Assembly: GCF_009914755.1 (NCBI RefSeq)
Contig: NC_060928.1
DNA from: the human T2T-CHM13v2.0 reference genome, Homo sapiens
Length of the DNA: 64,000 nt
Direction: 5' to 3' (one strand)
Shown here: positions 27,359-41,529 of the stretch, piece after piece
How the letters are laid out: the number at the start of each line of letters is the position of its first letter
Position numbering within the stretch: the stretch's first letter is position 1
Program-made: the position numbers and the translations under genes
Notes under the pieces: model-generated
Seen by the model: only the letters and a program-made list of their open reading frames with translations
The model's database searches: none
What the model was told of the DNA's origin: nothing

Positions 27359-29599
27359 CAAACTGACATTTATGCCTAGAGTATGTAGAAGCACGATCTC
27401 TATGGATTTACCCATTTATCCCTCACCCAAATCCTGTAAATTAGATAATATTATCACTTCCATTTCACAGATGAAGAAACAAAGGTTTTGAGGGTAAGCA
27501 GCTTGCTAAGTGAGACAAGTAGTAAATGGCAGAAGAAGAAATAGAATTCTCTTCATTTTAAAGTCCCTCTTCTTAATTATTGTGTTAAATTGCTTCTGAA
27601 AATATCAAAGAGTATAAGATAAGAGCATGAGGTCCAATATTAAACAAGGAAGTTCTTAAAACCTGGCTAAACCAGGCAAGTGATGTTAACTTTTTAGCAA
27701 TTAAATTAGCTGAAAATATTTTTGTGGAAGAAATAATATTGTAACTTTTAAGGTCTTGTAACTGAATATGCTACTTTTCAAATTTCACTTTCCTGAGGGT
27801 ATTAAACAGTCCTGTTTGTTTGCTACAAATTCTTTACTAAAAATCACTTATCTCAATACTGAAATTCCAGAAAAATCAATAGATGGCAGGTGCTTGAAAT
27901 GATTTTTCTGAAATTATTATATAATTAATATCAAGGGTCTAATTACCTATAGCTCCTGAATTCACTAAATCTGGATCTGTAGTTAATTACCTGCGATGTA
28001 TCAGAATACTTTTTATGTATATCTGAAGCCTGCTCTCACAAGTTTTATTTTATTCAGTTACCCCTTATACTACGCTAAATGCAGAATTATGATTTTTAAA
28101 CAAAAATATCCTCCAATTTAATGGTTTTCAATTGTCCGTATCTGTATATTTTTCCTACATTTATTACCAGTTACCTTGATATTTACGGGATTTAAAAAAT
28201 TAAATTATACATAACATTAGCAGTTTATCCATTCTGATTCTGAAGCCTGAAATCTCATTACTACCTAGAAGGTAAACTCTAAATGTACGTTTTGATGATA
28301 ATTTCAATAAATAGTAATGAGATTTGTTTTGATGCTAAATTTCACCTAGAAACTGAACTTTCTAAAATAGTTGGGGAGTATATGCTGACACATCTGCCTA
28401 TCACTTTATTAACCAAATGATTAAAGTCTTGCAAAAAGCCAGGTATTAACAATATGTTTTTATATAAGATGAGAAGTAGAAAAAATAATGCACTAACAAT
28501 TCTTACCCAATATATCTTGTCTTATTTTGGGAAAACAAACCTAGACCTTCTTTTCTTAGGAGCAAAATTACCCATCCAATAAAGTAAAGCAAGTGGAACA
28601 GGAAAAAACAACAACAACCAAAAAACAGGCAATACAATTAATACTTCCAATCGGGGAACAAATATTATCTATGCATTTACTAGGATAAAAAACTAGTAAG
28701 TAAAATTGATAATTAAAATTAGTCCAGGAGTTTGGCCCAAATGTAGAATACAATTTGTCTCTGAATTTTGGACTAAGGTGTAGTGATTTCACGCTTTTAT
28801 GAACTGTCTCCCCTTTGTTAAAACATAGCAGGGACATATGGAATTGAAAATAAAAAGAAAAATATAGCCAGTCAGGAATAAGGTAAACATTTCAAAGTAT
28901 CAGAAATGAAAAAGAAGCATAACAAGATAAAATCTCTAGCTTGCCAAGAAAGTATGCAAGGCAACCTAGAGATTTGCTGATGGAAGTAAAGGGAATACAA
29001 GTTCTCCCACTTCTAGCAACAGGACTCAGGCTCACTGTTTGGAACTAGGAGCTGGAGCTAGGGCATGTCTTATTAATAATGAAAGAAAGATGAAACAAAA
29101 AGCACTGCTGACTACCACCCAAGGCTATGGCTTTTAAGAAGCAGCAGGGAGCACATAAAGTTAGTCTCAATGGAGACAGGAACTGAACCTAAAAAGATCA
29201 TGGGTCAGTGACTGAATTTACAAAATCGTTAGTAACAGCTTGGAGTAGGAACTTCATATCTCAATTTTTAGCCCTCATTCAAGATCATACTGGGGATGGG
29301 GAATGGTGGAGGCAATCAATAACAATTAGAGCAGGAAGAACAAAGATGTAGAAATGGTAATAGAGAAGAAATCCAAAAAAGAGAGTGAAAAAAATTACAA
29401 AACTTACAATGCCGAGAAAGAGAGCAACAAAATCAATGATCAGAATATGAATTCATATCCAAATTAATTTATAAAACTGCCAAAAAATTAAAAGAAAATG
29501 TATAGGTATAAAGTTAATTTTTTTAAAAAGAAATTATTTAACAAAGGTACATATCCAATAAAATTGGAAAGAGCCAGAGAAATCTTGTTTATAGAAACT

Positions 29600-31170
29600 T
29601 CTACTGCCAGATAAAATGTAGTAGGTGGCAGCAGCCCAAAACTTCCATTGCAAGAACTAGAAAAAAAATGAATACATTACAAAATTTATATTTTTCAAGA
29701 TATGAGAGGGCTTGTTGAAGCAAGAAGATAAGATGAATTAGAATTTCAGAGGATAGGAGCTCTTCCAAAGTGAGCAAAAGAATGACCTGCTAATTTCTTC
29801 CCAGGGGTTATTTGCTAATTTGGGAGGCCTATACTGATTTTAGTTACAGACTAAGAATCAGGTTTGGCTCACCCTCAGGGACTCTACCAGGAGAACCAAA
29901 CCGGCAAAGCTTTCAAGGGGTCAGTTATATTCCTCTAAGCAAAGTGCAAACATGTGGTGTCCTGAACACGAGGCTGAATTTCCTCAACGCACGTTTACTT
30001 AAATTCCGGGCCATGCTTAAAAAGCTGGGCAACTTGGCCAACTGCATCTAAAAGCCAACATGAAATCTCTCGTAGTATCTTGGAAACAAAATTCTGCTAA
30101 AGGGATGGTGCTTACTTTAAGCACGTAACTCAGGAGATTTGCAAGAATTTGAAGGTATAAGGGGCAGGAAGCTAAAGAGCTAAACATAATTTCTTATGTT
30201 GGGGGAAAGAACTGAATTACCAAGGGTCTTTCAGAGCTGAAAAGGCTCTTCTGAGTCTCCAACCAAAAGCTTAAGAGAACCACATAAAAATAATATAAAT
30301 AAACCAAGGGTCTTAGTAATATTATAAAAAAGTACCAGCTCCACTTAATGCCTGACTGCATCAGCCCCTCACCCTATCTGTCCAAGGTTTTCCTGTTGTT
30401 GTTACTTTGTTTTAATTAGCCTTTTCTGATAAAAGACATCACCTGGAAATCTACAATCATTTAACACACTATCAGATATAAAATAAAAAATTATTAAACA
30501 GAAAAAAGTCAGGATTATAGATTGACAATCTAGAGAAAAAAGAGATAATAGATGCAGACGAATAATGCAAATATTTTTGCTAGTATAAACTAAAATAACC
30601 ATGACTAATATGTTAAAGAAAGTAGAGTAGATGGATAAAAATAGATAAAGAATTATAATTTTAAAATGTAACCTATAAAAATAATGAAATAAAATTCCAT
30701 TCTAGAACCAAAAAAAATATAATATTTGACATTAGGAACCCTGAATGTATTCAACACCACTCTCATTAGAACAGAAGACAGGATTAGAAATTCAAAACAA
30801 GTTGATAGAAAATACCCAAAATGAAGGACAGAGAAAAGACAGAGAAAACAGAAAAAATGAAAAAGATGTGTGGAACACAGTTAAAAGGTACAACATACAT
30901 ACAATTGTGGTCCCCAAAGAAAAAGAATGAAGAGGCACTATACTATCTGAAGAAGTAATAGATTAAGGCTTTTCCAAGCTTATGAAAAGCATCAATCCAC
31001 AGATTTAAGAAACTCAATAAATATAAAATAGAAAAAATACCAAGAAACCACATTTTGGCATGTCATGCCAGAAATCCATAGACAGAAACCCTTAAAAGGA
31101 GCCAGAGAAAAAAGGCATTATCTCCAAAGGAGCAAAAATAACACTTCAAGAAGCTTTTCAACAAAAACTA
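29600..31170 (+). mobile_element. Old L1M 5'/ORF1 region remnants
   Basis: A-rich ORF1-like stretch (GATGTGTGGAACACAGTTAAAAGGTACAACATAC, CATCAATCCACAGATTTAAGAAACTC, TTAAAAGGAGCCAGAGAAAAAAGG). Confidence 0.55.
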
Positions 31171-31171
31171 A

Positions 31172-31390
31172 AATTAAAAAGGTTTGAAAAAAATGAAAAA
31201 CAATGCCATTAAGTTTTTTTGTCTTGGAGAATATAGTTATTGTTTTATCAAAATGTTATTTATATTAACATGTAATGAATTATTAAACATGAATATATAC
31301 ATTTAAAATTTATCAGTTTAAATTTCAAATATAGCAAACACATTGATAGATATAACTGACATAAAAATTATTTGAGGATCTAATGATTTT
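31172..31390 (+). mobile_element. Charlie1-family hAT relic, 3' half
   Basis: AAAACAATGCC...TTGGAGAATATAGTTATT...TTATATTAACATGTAATG...GATAGATATAAC resembles the recalled distal consensus. Confidence 0.55.
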
Positions 31391-31835
31391 TCACACCCCA
31401 CATCCAATATGTCATATCAATCTTGAAACATAAATTAGAGTACACTTTTCACTTGTACTGATACTTCACCAAATCAAATCCAAGCACCACTGTCTCTCAC
31501 TTCAATTACTGCACTGGTACTTACAGGTTTCCTTAGAAGGATAAAGTTGCTATTTATTAAAAAAGAGAAGACTAAGGGAGCAGCAACATGTGGGATGGAA
31601 GTGAGAAGTCTAATTTTGAACATGTTCAACATTAGAAATCTAAGCAAAGAAGTTGAGTAAGCAGTTAGATTTATAGGTCTAGATTCAGGGAAGAGGTCAT
31701 GGCTGCATAAATAATATTGGGTCCACTGAGATACAGTTGATAATTAAGGCCATTAATGAGCTTCATGTAAGAAGCAAATGTAAACAAAGAAAAGCCAAGA
31801 TTTTAACCCTGATGTATTTCAAAATCAAAGGTTGG

Positions 31836-32242
31836 TGCTATGGTTGAGTGTTCCTGCCAAAACTCATGTTGGAAGCTTAATTCTCAGTATAGCAATGTTG
31901 GGAGGTGGTCAATTTAAGAGGTGAATAGGTTATTAAGGTAGATTAATATGTTTCTCTTTAGATTAGATCTCCAGGGAATTGATTAGTTCCCAAGAAAGCA
32001 GGTAAGTTATAAAGAGTGAGGTTGCCTCTAGTGTGAGGTCTCTTTGCATGTGCCGGCTTCCCCTTCCACTTCTCTGCCATGCTGTCACATAGCCCAAGGC
32101 CCTCATCAGAAGCCAAGCAGATACCAGCACCATGCTCTTGGATTTCCCAGCAACCAGAATTATGAGCCAAACAAACCTCTTTTCTTTAAAACTTATCCAG
32201 CCTCAGGTATTCTGTTATAGGAACACTAAATAGACTAATACG
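31836..32242 (+). mobile_element. MST-family MaLR solo LTR inserted in an L2 remnant
   Basis: TGCTATGGTT...CCAAAACTCATGTTG...GCACCATGCTCTTGGATTTCCCAGC...CCAGCCTCAGGTATTCTGTTATAG...AGACTAATAC. Confidence 0.85.
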
Positions 32243-33044
32243 GGTGGTGAGAGATGAAGAAAAAGTTGCTGGTATAAGAGGAGAGAACCAAGTGAGAAAG
32301 TGAAGAAAGTGTTGCTAGAAGTGGGGTGGGGTGGAGGATGGGCAGCAGGAGATGAGTTATGTCAGGTATTTCTGCTGCGTTGAAGATTGAGAATTGAATT
32401 TAGCAACATGGAGGTCTTGGAATACTTGTAGAGTGGAAAATACAGCTTGATTATACTCTAATAGGACCATGAATGCATGAAACAAACAATAGTAAATATA
32501 GACAGAATTTTTTGAAGCATTTGCTGTAAAAGGGAACAGTGAAGTTGAGTAGTAGTTGAAAAATGATATAGGCTGGGGGAGTGTTTTAAAAAGGGTACTA
32601 GTACAAGATATTTGAATAATGATGGGAAAGGGTAAAGTGCTTAAATATGTCATTGAGTAGGTGAGGTGGGGTGGGATCTGGTAAATAAGTGAATGGAAAA
32701 GGAGCACAGATGGTTTAACCATAGTTAGAGTATAGATCCATACTCTACATCCATAGTTAATGTAAGGCAGACTATGTAGATATAAATGCAGGAGGGTTAG
32801 TACAGATCTTCCAGTAAATGTGTAGATGTTCTCTTCTAAATATACATACGTGTGTGTGTATATATATGTTATTTATTTTTATTTATTACATATATATACT
32901 ATTTCATTTTATTTACTTTTTATTATATAGGAAGCCAAGTTAACAGCTAAGAGTAAGGGTTGGGAGGTGGGCAGGGAGATATTAGAGGTTGAGAAGAGAG
33001 AAGTGTGAAATGGTCAAGTAGGTGAGCAAGGGAATGGATAGTTA

Positions 33045-33233
33045 GTGTTTCTCAGAGTGTGGTATGGGGACCCTGGAAGACTCTGAGAACTTTCCAAGGG
33101 GTCTGTGAGGTCAAAATTATTTTGAAAGAAATATTAATACAATATTTGCTTATTTCACTCTCATTTTCTTCTGAAGATATGGTGGAGCTTCCAGGGGCTA
33201 CACGATGTGAGGTATTGTAAGAGACTGAATGCA
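33045..33233 (+). mobile_element. Charlie1-family hAT relic, 5' half
   Basis: AGTGTTTCTCAGAGTGTGGT...GGGGTCTGTGAGGTCAAAATTATTTT...TTCACTCTCATT...GACTGAATGCA. Confidence 0.6.
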
Positions 33234-34374
33234 CAAACCATCCAATTGGGATTTTTGTTAGGATTGTATTGAATCTATAGGTTATTTTGTGGGAATTGGC
33301 CTGTTTACAATATTGAATCCTCTAATCCATAAAAATGATATACTCCTCCATTTACTTAATTTTTTTCAGTTTTTCTTAATGTTTTGGTTTCCAGTGTACA
33401 GACTGAACACATCTGTGATTAGATTTATCACCAAGTATTCAGCTTGTTTTGTGTTATTGTAAAAAACAATTGTCTGTAAATGAATTAAAAGAAGTTTGAA
33501 AACTGTTGCTATAGAATAAAAAATGTACAAAACTAGAGTTTGTAACAATTACGTGTGTATACCTATATATCTCCCCTTATGGTCAAACTACATTTACTTT
33601 TATAAAAAGTAAATTCACAAGAAGGGTCATCTATGGAGTGTGTGTGAGTAGAGTAGATCTGAATTAGAAAGGATACCCAGGGACTTTAAGTGTGGATTGT
33701 TTGTTCTTTAAAACAAGACAGAAAATTCAGATTTAGAAGCAGATATGATAAAAAAAAAAAAAAAATTGGGTAGGTACATGTATGTTTGCTTTCCTGTTTA
33801 CTTTCCCGTATCACTGAAATGCTTCAGGGGATGAAAACAATCTATTATTTCCCCAACAAATTGCTTTCTTATAAGGATTTCTTATCCTCTGGGGCCATTA
33901 ATTTTTCCCTTTGAATTCCTGTGACTTTGTGACCTGTGTCACTCTAAGCAGCAATTTAACCAACATATCAATTGAGATTGAATTCAAGTTTTTTCTCCTT
34001 TCCAAATAAATATTAATTTTAAGTGACAGTCTCAGAAAGAATGACAGCTATTCCACAGATCAAACTATGGATTTATGGAAAAGAGGCAAAAGGTGACCTC
34101 ATATGACTCTCATCAAATAACATAAATCTAATGCTATTCAAAAGATTTTCTATTTGATAAAAATTAATTTCAATGTAAATTTCAAAAGATACAAATACAA
34201 TAACCAAAATAGGGTTTAAAAGAAATCCTTTTCATCTATAACTATATAATCTACATATATAAATTGTTCTACAAAAAAAAAAAACCATGGACTACTTAAA
34301 AACTGAACATGGCTAAAGCAATAAAAATTACCAGTGTGAAGAAGATTATAATGTTTTAAATTAAAATATAAATA

Positions 34375-35110
34375 TTCATTAATTCAAGAAATAATTACTA
34401 AGTTCCTACTGTATTATAAGCCCTGGATACAAAGAGGACAAGAAAAGCAAATACTCTGTTATGCCAATAGATGAGCAGAAAGTCAAAAGAAACAAATGCA
34501 CAAAATAGTTCCAGATCATTACAGATACTGAAAATTAAGAATAAGGACAGCTAAATGGGGTGATGTGATTTAAGACAATGACTGGCTAGGGGACTTCTAA
34601 AGATTCAGTGAATAAGGAAAGCTCTCTGAGGAGGCAATGTTAAAGATGGTACCTAAATGAAAATAGGGCAAATAGCCATACAAAAATGTGCTGGCTGGAA
34701 CATGGCTTATTTCAGAACATAATAAGGGCAATGTCGATGAAGAGCAATGTGCAAGAATAAAGTAGTACAGGATAAGGTCAAAGGCTAGGCAAGGGTAGAC
34801 CATGTAGAGCTTAGGTTTTATTCTAAACATAGTAAGAAGCCACTGGAAGGTTTTAAGCAGGAAAGTAACATGATCTGATAATTTTGCTTTGTGAAAATAA
34901 GAGAAACAATAACAACAAGAAGAGCAGTTAGGACTCTAGTGCAGTAATAGTCCAGCAATAGAAAATGGGAGTAGTAGTGATAGAGATAGAGAGAAGTGGA
35001 GGTATTTGTTTTATCTTGGAGACAGAACCAAAGTAACTGGTGGATTGAATGTAGATGACGAATGAAACTGAGTTATCAATGGTGACTCCTACATTTCTGA
35101 TAAAAATGAC
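34375..35110 (-). mobile_element. L2 remnant
   Basis: ATTCATTAATTCAAGAAATAATTACTAAG start and GAAGCCACTGGAAGGTTTTAAGCAGGAAAGTAACATGATCTGA. Confidence 0.7.
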
Positions 35111-35455
35111 TTCCCATTTTAAATATTTAACTTCTGTATCGTTAGCTATTTTCACAATAGTGGTATATCATAAACACCCCAAAACTCTGTGACTTAAAGT
35201 AACAAGCATTTTAGCTTTCTTCTGCATCTCTGCTCTTGGTGATTTACTGTAGGGTTGCAGGTTGGGTCCCATCTGCTCCATAGCTCTCTCATGTTCCTTG
35301 GATCAGCAGGCTAGCAAGATCTTGTCCTTCTCATTGTGGTGGCAGAAGCACAAGACAAGCTCAACTTTAAGCTTCTGTTTGGGTCATGTCTGTTAATCCA
35401 CTGGCCAAAGCAAACCTTAATGGCTGAGCCAGAATTAAAAGATAGAGAAATACAC

Positions 35456-35752
35456 TTTTTTGTGTGTGTTTGAGATGGAGTTTTGCTCTTGTTGCCCAGG
35501 CTGGGGTGCAATGCCGTGATCTCAGCTCACTGCAACCTTCGCTTCCCGGTTCAAGCAATTCTCCTGCCTCAGCCTCCCGAGTAGGTAGGATTACAGGCAT
35601 GTACCACCATGCTCGACTAATTTTATACTGTTAGTAGAGACAGGGTTTCTCCATGTTGGTCAGGCTGGTCTCGAACTCCTGACCTCAGGTGATCTGCCCG
35701 CCTCGGCCTCCCAAAGTGCTGGGATTACAGGCGTGAGCCACCACGCCCCACC
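35456..35752 (-). mobile_element. AluS (Sq/Sp-like) inside an MLT1-like LTR remnant
   Basis: Reverse Alu with TTTTGCTCTTGTTGCCCAGG and CTCCTGACCTCAGGTGATCTGCCCG; decayed TSD ending TACACTT on both sides. Confidence 0.92.
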
Positions 35753-36186
35753 AAGAAGTACACTTTTCCTCTAGTGAAACGACCTGCAATCTCTTATGAC
35801 AAACACCACTAGTAGATGGAGGTACAAAGAATAGAGACAAAAATAGAGACAAATGAAAGAACCATAAAAGGCTACCAGTTTCTGGAAAGCTCCAAATCAT
35901 TCCTCAAGATAACCACGAGGAATATGTAATTCTTCTTAATACTTAGCTTTATTAAGCAATTACATAAACATTTTCAAATTCTATTTTATCATTAAAGACT
36001 ATACTTAGCTAAAATGTGTATAGTAGAAAGAAAATGGCATTAGAAATATTTCTGAGATTAGGTTAGCATAATAGATACAGGTTTGAAATTTAAAACAATG
36101 AAAATTATACGGTCAAAGACACTAGTAAAACAACTAGAGGGTAAAGACAGGCAACCAACTGGAACACACTTCAAAGTGATTTGTTC

Positions 36187-36302
36187 ATTTGTTTGTTTAT
36201 AGAGATGGGGTCTCACTGTGTTGCCAGGCTGGTCTCAAACTCCTAGGTTCAAGTGATCCTTCCACCTCAGCCTCCCACACGTGTGAGCAACCACACCCAG
36301 CC
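36187..36302 (-). mobile_element. FLAM/AluJ monomer fragment
   Basis: AGAGATGGGGTCTCACTGTGTTGCCAGGCTGGTCTCAAACTCCTAGGTTCAAGTGATCCT...CCACACCCAGCC. Confidence 0.82.
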
Positions 36303-36935
36303 AAAGAGATTTTTAAAAACAAAAAAAAAAAGTATCTAGTTACCTTATTTCATAAAAATCAAACCATTTTACTTCACAAAATTAAAATTAAAAAAGGCAA
36401 AATTTCTAAAAACGAGACCTAAAAGCAAACTGCAAAAAAATCAAACCCTCAACATGTATCAAACAAAAGCTTCATATGTCTACTGTTCATATAAAGGTTT
36501 TATTAAATGCTAAGAAAAAGAATGTTCTCACTTGTCCATATTCCCTAGAAGCTTTAATATGTCTCATAGACTTAAAAATAATTCTTGAAAGAATGAATGA
36601 GCATAATGCGCTCTGTGAGGTTATAGAAACACATGTTAGATGAGGCATAACCAAATTATTAAAAGTTTCCAAAGCTAAGCAGAGAAATTTGAATTTGTTA
36701 TGTGGGTTATCACAGGCTCAGAGGAATGTCCTAAAGAAAACACTGTTTTACTATGGTTAATTAGGCAACTGTGAGAAAAATGAATGAAGTAAGTAAATCA
36801 ACTGGAATGGGTGAATAAAAATTGTAGATTAGGGTAAATGAATTCAAGGACTATCCCAAGAAAAATATTAAATATTTTAGACCAGAATATTATGACAGAA
36901 GACAGTCAAAGAAAACTCTAGAATCCAGCCTAGGA

Positions 36936-37090
36936 CAGTGCTTCTCAAAGTACTCTAATGCACACAGGATTCACTTAGGGATCTCTTTAAAGGGCAGATT
37001 CTGATTCCCTAGACCTGAGAGTCTGCATTTCTAACAAGCTCCCAGGTGATGCTAATATTGATGATCCTAAGATCACATGGTTTAGTAGAA
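36936..37090. mobile_element. MER5-type hAT MITE
   Basis: CAGTGCTTCTCAAA...GCAGATTCTGATTC...CCTGAGAGTCTGCATTTCTAACAAGCTCCCAGGTGATGCT. Confidence 0.8.
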
Positions 37091-37465
37091 AACGGCCTAT
37101 GAACTAAGAATAATTATAGAACCTAGATAAGGAGTCAGTTTTCCCAGACTTGTAGATAATAATCAAGCTTCCTATTATATGCTTTATCATCCTGTTTCTT
37201 CCTTCTTAGCACTTATCAAAGGTGTGTTCTAAACATGTATTCTTGTGACTATTTGTTCAATGTATTTTACCTCACTTAACTTAGTGTTCTGCTTGGCTCA
37301 ATACTTTAGCCCTAATACTTAGTACACATCTAACACATAGTTGACACTGAATACTTGATTAAGAAATAAATGAATCATCAATGAATAGAAATGCTTCAAG
37401 AGAAGTTAGTTTAAACATAGGTTAGTGAGGGACTACCAAGTGAAAGGATACATATTGATCAGAAT

Positions 37466-37533
37466 GATAAGGCTGTTGATGCAGATTTGATTGCTAATAA
37501 GATAGCAATCAAATCTGCGTCAACAGCTTTATC
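37466..37533. repeat. Near-perfect inverted repeat: 31-bp arms, 6-nt loop
   Basis: GATAAGGCTGTTGATGCAGATTTGATTGCTA-ATAAGA-TAGCAATCAAATCTGCGTCAACAGCTTTATC; 29/31 Watson-Crick pairs. Confidence 0.95.
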
Positions 37534-39303
37534 TATGCATTGGTAGCCATGTAAGTAAATAAAATAATTGAAGGCATATGTGTAAAGAGAGAAGATCTAA
37601 GCTTGTGGGGCAAACACCCAGAGAGGACCCAGAGGAAGGTCCACCAAAGAATGGAGTCAGTGCGAGATTCTGAAAGAAAAAAGTGCAAATACTGAAAAAA
37701 AATACCTAAAATACATCATTTAAAGCCTAAAGGCAAATTGAGCAGTACGTTCACAGGCAATCATGCATAAACATCTTTCTGTAAATGTGTAGAGATGAAC
37801 GTTAGATTTCAGCAAGCTAGGAAGAAACTGATGGGGAAGAGGAAGGGAAACTGATACGGAAGAGGAAGCAGCGCTTGCACATACGAACTCTAGACAGTAT
37901 GAGAGCAAATTCTGGGAGTGATAAAAAATGCAGCATTTTTTTCAGAGGAATAGAAAACATATTTGTCCTTGAAAATGACTATAGGAGCCAAGCTGGCACA
38001 TGTAAATACATGAACTGGTCCTGCTATAGAATAATAGAGCATGGTGAAGGCTGAACCAAATTAGAGCATGCAGGGCTTATATAAAGACAGCAGCTGACTC
38101 AAGTCTGTAAGATTACTGCCTCAAAGGAATGAGAACCAAGTACTGTCAAAATTTCCAGGTTTTTTTTTTTTTCAAGAAAAAGCAAAAATCTGGATATGTA
38201 TATGAAATTTGCTGCATTGGGGTAAAAACATCCCATACTCAACTTGTAGAGCACCACTTCACTCTCTCTGGTCTAAAAGGAATCTGAGTTATCAAACAAT
38301 AAATTGGACTGCAGAACAGAACTAAGAATGTGGCTAACTTCAAAGTTCTAAGTATGCAAACAGGAGCAATATGTTATGTCATTAGAGCAGAAGTGATTAG
38401 AGGTTGAGGACTGGTTCAGCAAATGATAAAGAGTACCAGGAACCAAAGGAAGCAGCACTTAGATTGAAATATAAAAGGAACAGACAAGCTAGGGTAAAAA
38501 GAAAAGATTTTCAGAAGGGAAAGTGGGAAGATTTGAATAAACAGAAGTTTGTATCTTAAAGTAGAAAGGACATAGTTAAAAGTTGGAAACAATAGACCAT
38601 TCAGTGAAAGGTGATGATCTTTAGACTAAAAGACAAACATGTAAAGTTTTGATTATGAAATTATATTGATTCACTTATTTTATTTAAAACTTGAATAGTA
38701 ATGGGACTTTAGAATAATCTTTTAATTTGACAATACTTAAGAATAGATAATGACAGTTATTTTAAATAGCACTAGTTATACAAGATTGATTACGAATGTA
38801 ATATATTTTGCCTTGAAAACATACAAGTGAGGGTAAGAAGGAGGCACACATTCCAACCCCCTTCTGTTCTTCGCCTCTTTGTTGAGTGCCAAAAATCCTT
38901 GGAGCCAGTTGAGACAGGAGATAGATATCTGGCCACTTAAAACTATCTGGACTAATGCCATATTAATACATGGTAAAGAACAGACAGCAGGTTAACAAAT
39001 TAATAATCACTATACCAGTCTGGTCTGCATTTAAAACTGACCTAAATCACATAACATTTCAATTTCCTTTCTTATTCAAGAGCTTCAGCCTTCTTTCAAT
39101 TAGGTTCACACATATTCTAGATAGGCAAGTAGCATTATGCACTCATTCAAAAGACAGTCATTTAACAATTATTATATGCAAAGTGCTATATACAAAGCAC
39201 CATGGTAAATATAAAAAATTCATCAGTCATGAATAACGTTATGAAGAAGCATATGCCTAATAGGGAAGATAACAAAAGATATATACATAAATAACTACAA
39301 CAC

Positions 39304-39634
<331 letters not shown>

Positions 39635-41162
39635 CTAAACAGATATAAGTGAAGATCCATAAATGCTCCTGGAGGAGATAAGATTAGAAGGATTATTCAA
39701 ACATTCAATGATTCCCATTTGACACACAAAACAAATGTCAGTATTTGGTCTCCCAGTTTGCACTCTTTTTCAAACAAGGCATACTGCCTTTCACCATTAG
39801 CACAAATTTTCTATTAAACTCTCAAAACTTAGAGTTATTCATCTTTAATTCTTTATTGCAATTTTACTCCATTTACACTTAACCCGTGTTACCCCTGAAG
39901 ATATTTAATTTTTCCTATTAACATTACACAGAACAAAATATTTCTACCCAACATAGGAAAACTGACATCACATATCTGGTCCTGCAGACTGTTAACAAGA
40001 AATAAAAGTGAGGTAATGACATACACTAAGAACAAAAATTTGTATTTCCCAACACCATATCCTTTTAAATCTCCAAAACGATTTCTGTTCAAAGTCCAGA
40101 AAGGTGTTTCTGGTTGATTGAAACAGCTATCTTCTAAACCAGCCACAAAACCTAATGCTACCACCCTCCACCCCTCACTAACTTAGTTGCTTGAGTTTTT
40201 TGTCAAAAATAATTGGAATTTGTTTTATAATTATAGGACTACTAGGAGTCCACCTCTAACACTAACTCTAGAAAAGACACAGTCAATGTAAAATATACAA
40301 AGTTTTGCACTAAAGGCCTAAAGTGGGAGGCAGAATTAAAGAAATCAGCCTTTGGCTCTCAAAGTAAGTAAAAATATAAACATCAACTTAGTTTCAGAAA
40401 TGAGGAAATAAAATATTGTAAAGAAATTAACAATAGCATTGTACTTTAACCAGATACGAAAAATAAAAATGAAAAAAAGATAGCAATGTGTCTTCATATC
40501 ATTCCCTTTAGCAGATCACAAAATTCTATTAATGTTTAAATGTTCATGTGTTTCATGAACACTGTAACAAGTATTTACTCTGATGGTTATTTCTCTCTAT
40601 ATGAATAAGATAAATATTAATGTTAGAATTTGAGTTCCATGAAGGCAGAATTCTGTCTGTTCTATTCCCTGATTTATCTCCAGCTGAACTCTACCTAACA
40701 CACAGAAGGTTCTTAATAAATAACGCAAATGAACTATGCTTCAAACGGAGAACACTCTCATTATTTGTCATACAAATAAATGAATGTCAGAAGAAATTTC
40801 GTGACAACTATATCTAAAAAACTATAGAATATACTATACCATGTCAGAAGGGAAGAAAGTGGCAATGTTTCACTAGATTAAGATGAAGTTCCTTTCACTC
40901 TTCCTTAATTATTATGAACTAGTAATTAACAAATTACGATTTAGCCATATAATTTCATGTATCACGTATTCTATCTACTATCATTAGGCACAAAAAAAAT
41001 TAAAGAAAGCTAAGAAGTAAACTGAAGAAAAGATAAGTGGATTTAAAAAGCATCAAGTAAATCACTTCTCTGCAATTTCCCCAGCTTTGTGAATCTGTGA
41101 ATAACTGAGATTTTTTCATTATCAACTTTCTATAACTATTAAAATTGTTTCACACATGAATA

Positions 41163-41529
41163 CGGATGCTCCTTAACCTATGATAGGATTACACCCTGAT
41201 AAATCCATTATATGTTGAAAATATCTTAAGTCAAAAATGCATCTGATAACTCTCAACCTACCAAACATCATCGCTTAGCCTACCCTACCTTAAGCATGCT
41301 CAGAATACTTACATTAGTCTACACTTGAGCAAAAGTATCTAACACAAAGTTTATTTTATAATGAAGTGTTGAATATATCATGTAATTTATTGAATACTAT
41401 ATTGAAAGTAAAAAACAGAACAGTTGTATGGGTACTCAAAGTAAGGTTTCTACTAAATACATATTGCTTTCTCACCATCCTAAAGTCAAAGAATCTTAAG
41501 TTGAACTATTATAAATTGGGAAAAGTCTG
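41163..41529. mobile_element. Tigger3a (MER7-type) DNA transposon relic
   Basis: TA-flanked C.GATGCTCC...CCTACCAAACATCATCGCTTAGCCTA...GCTCAGAATACTTACATTAG...GTCTG, matching the recalled consensus along its length. Confidence 0.85.
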
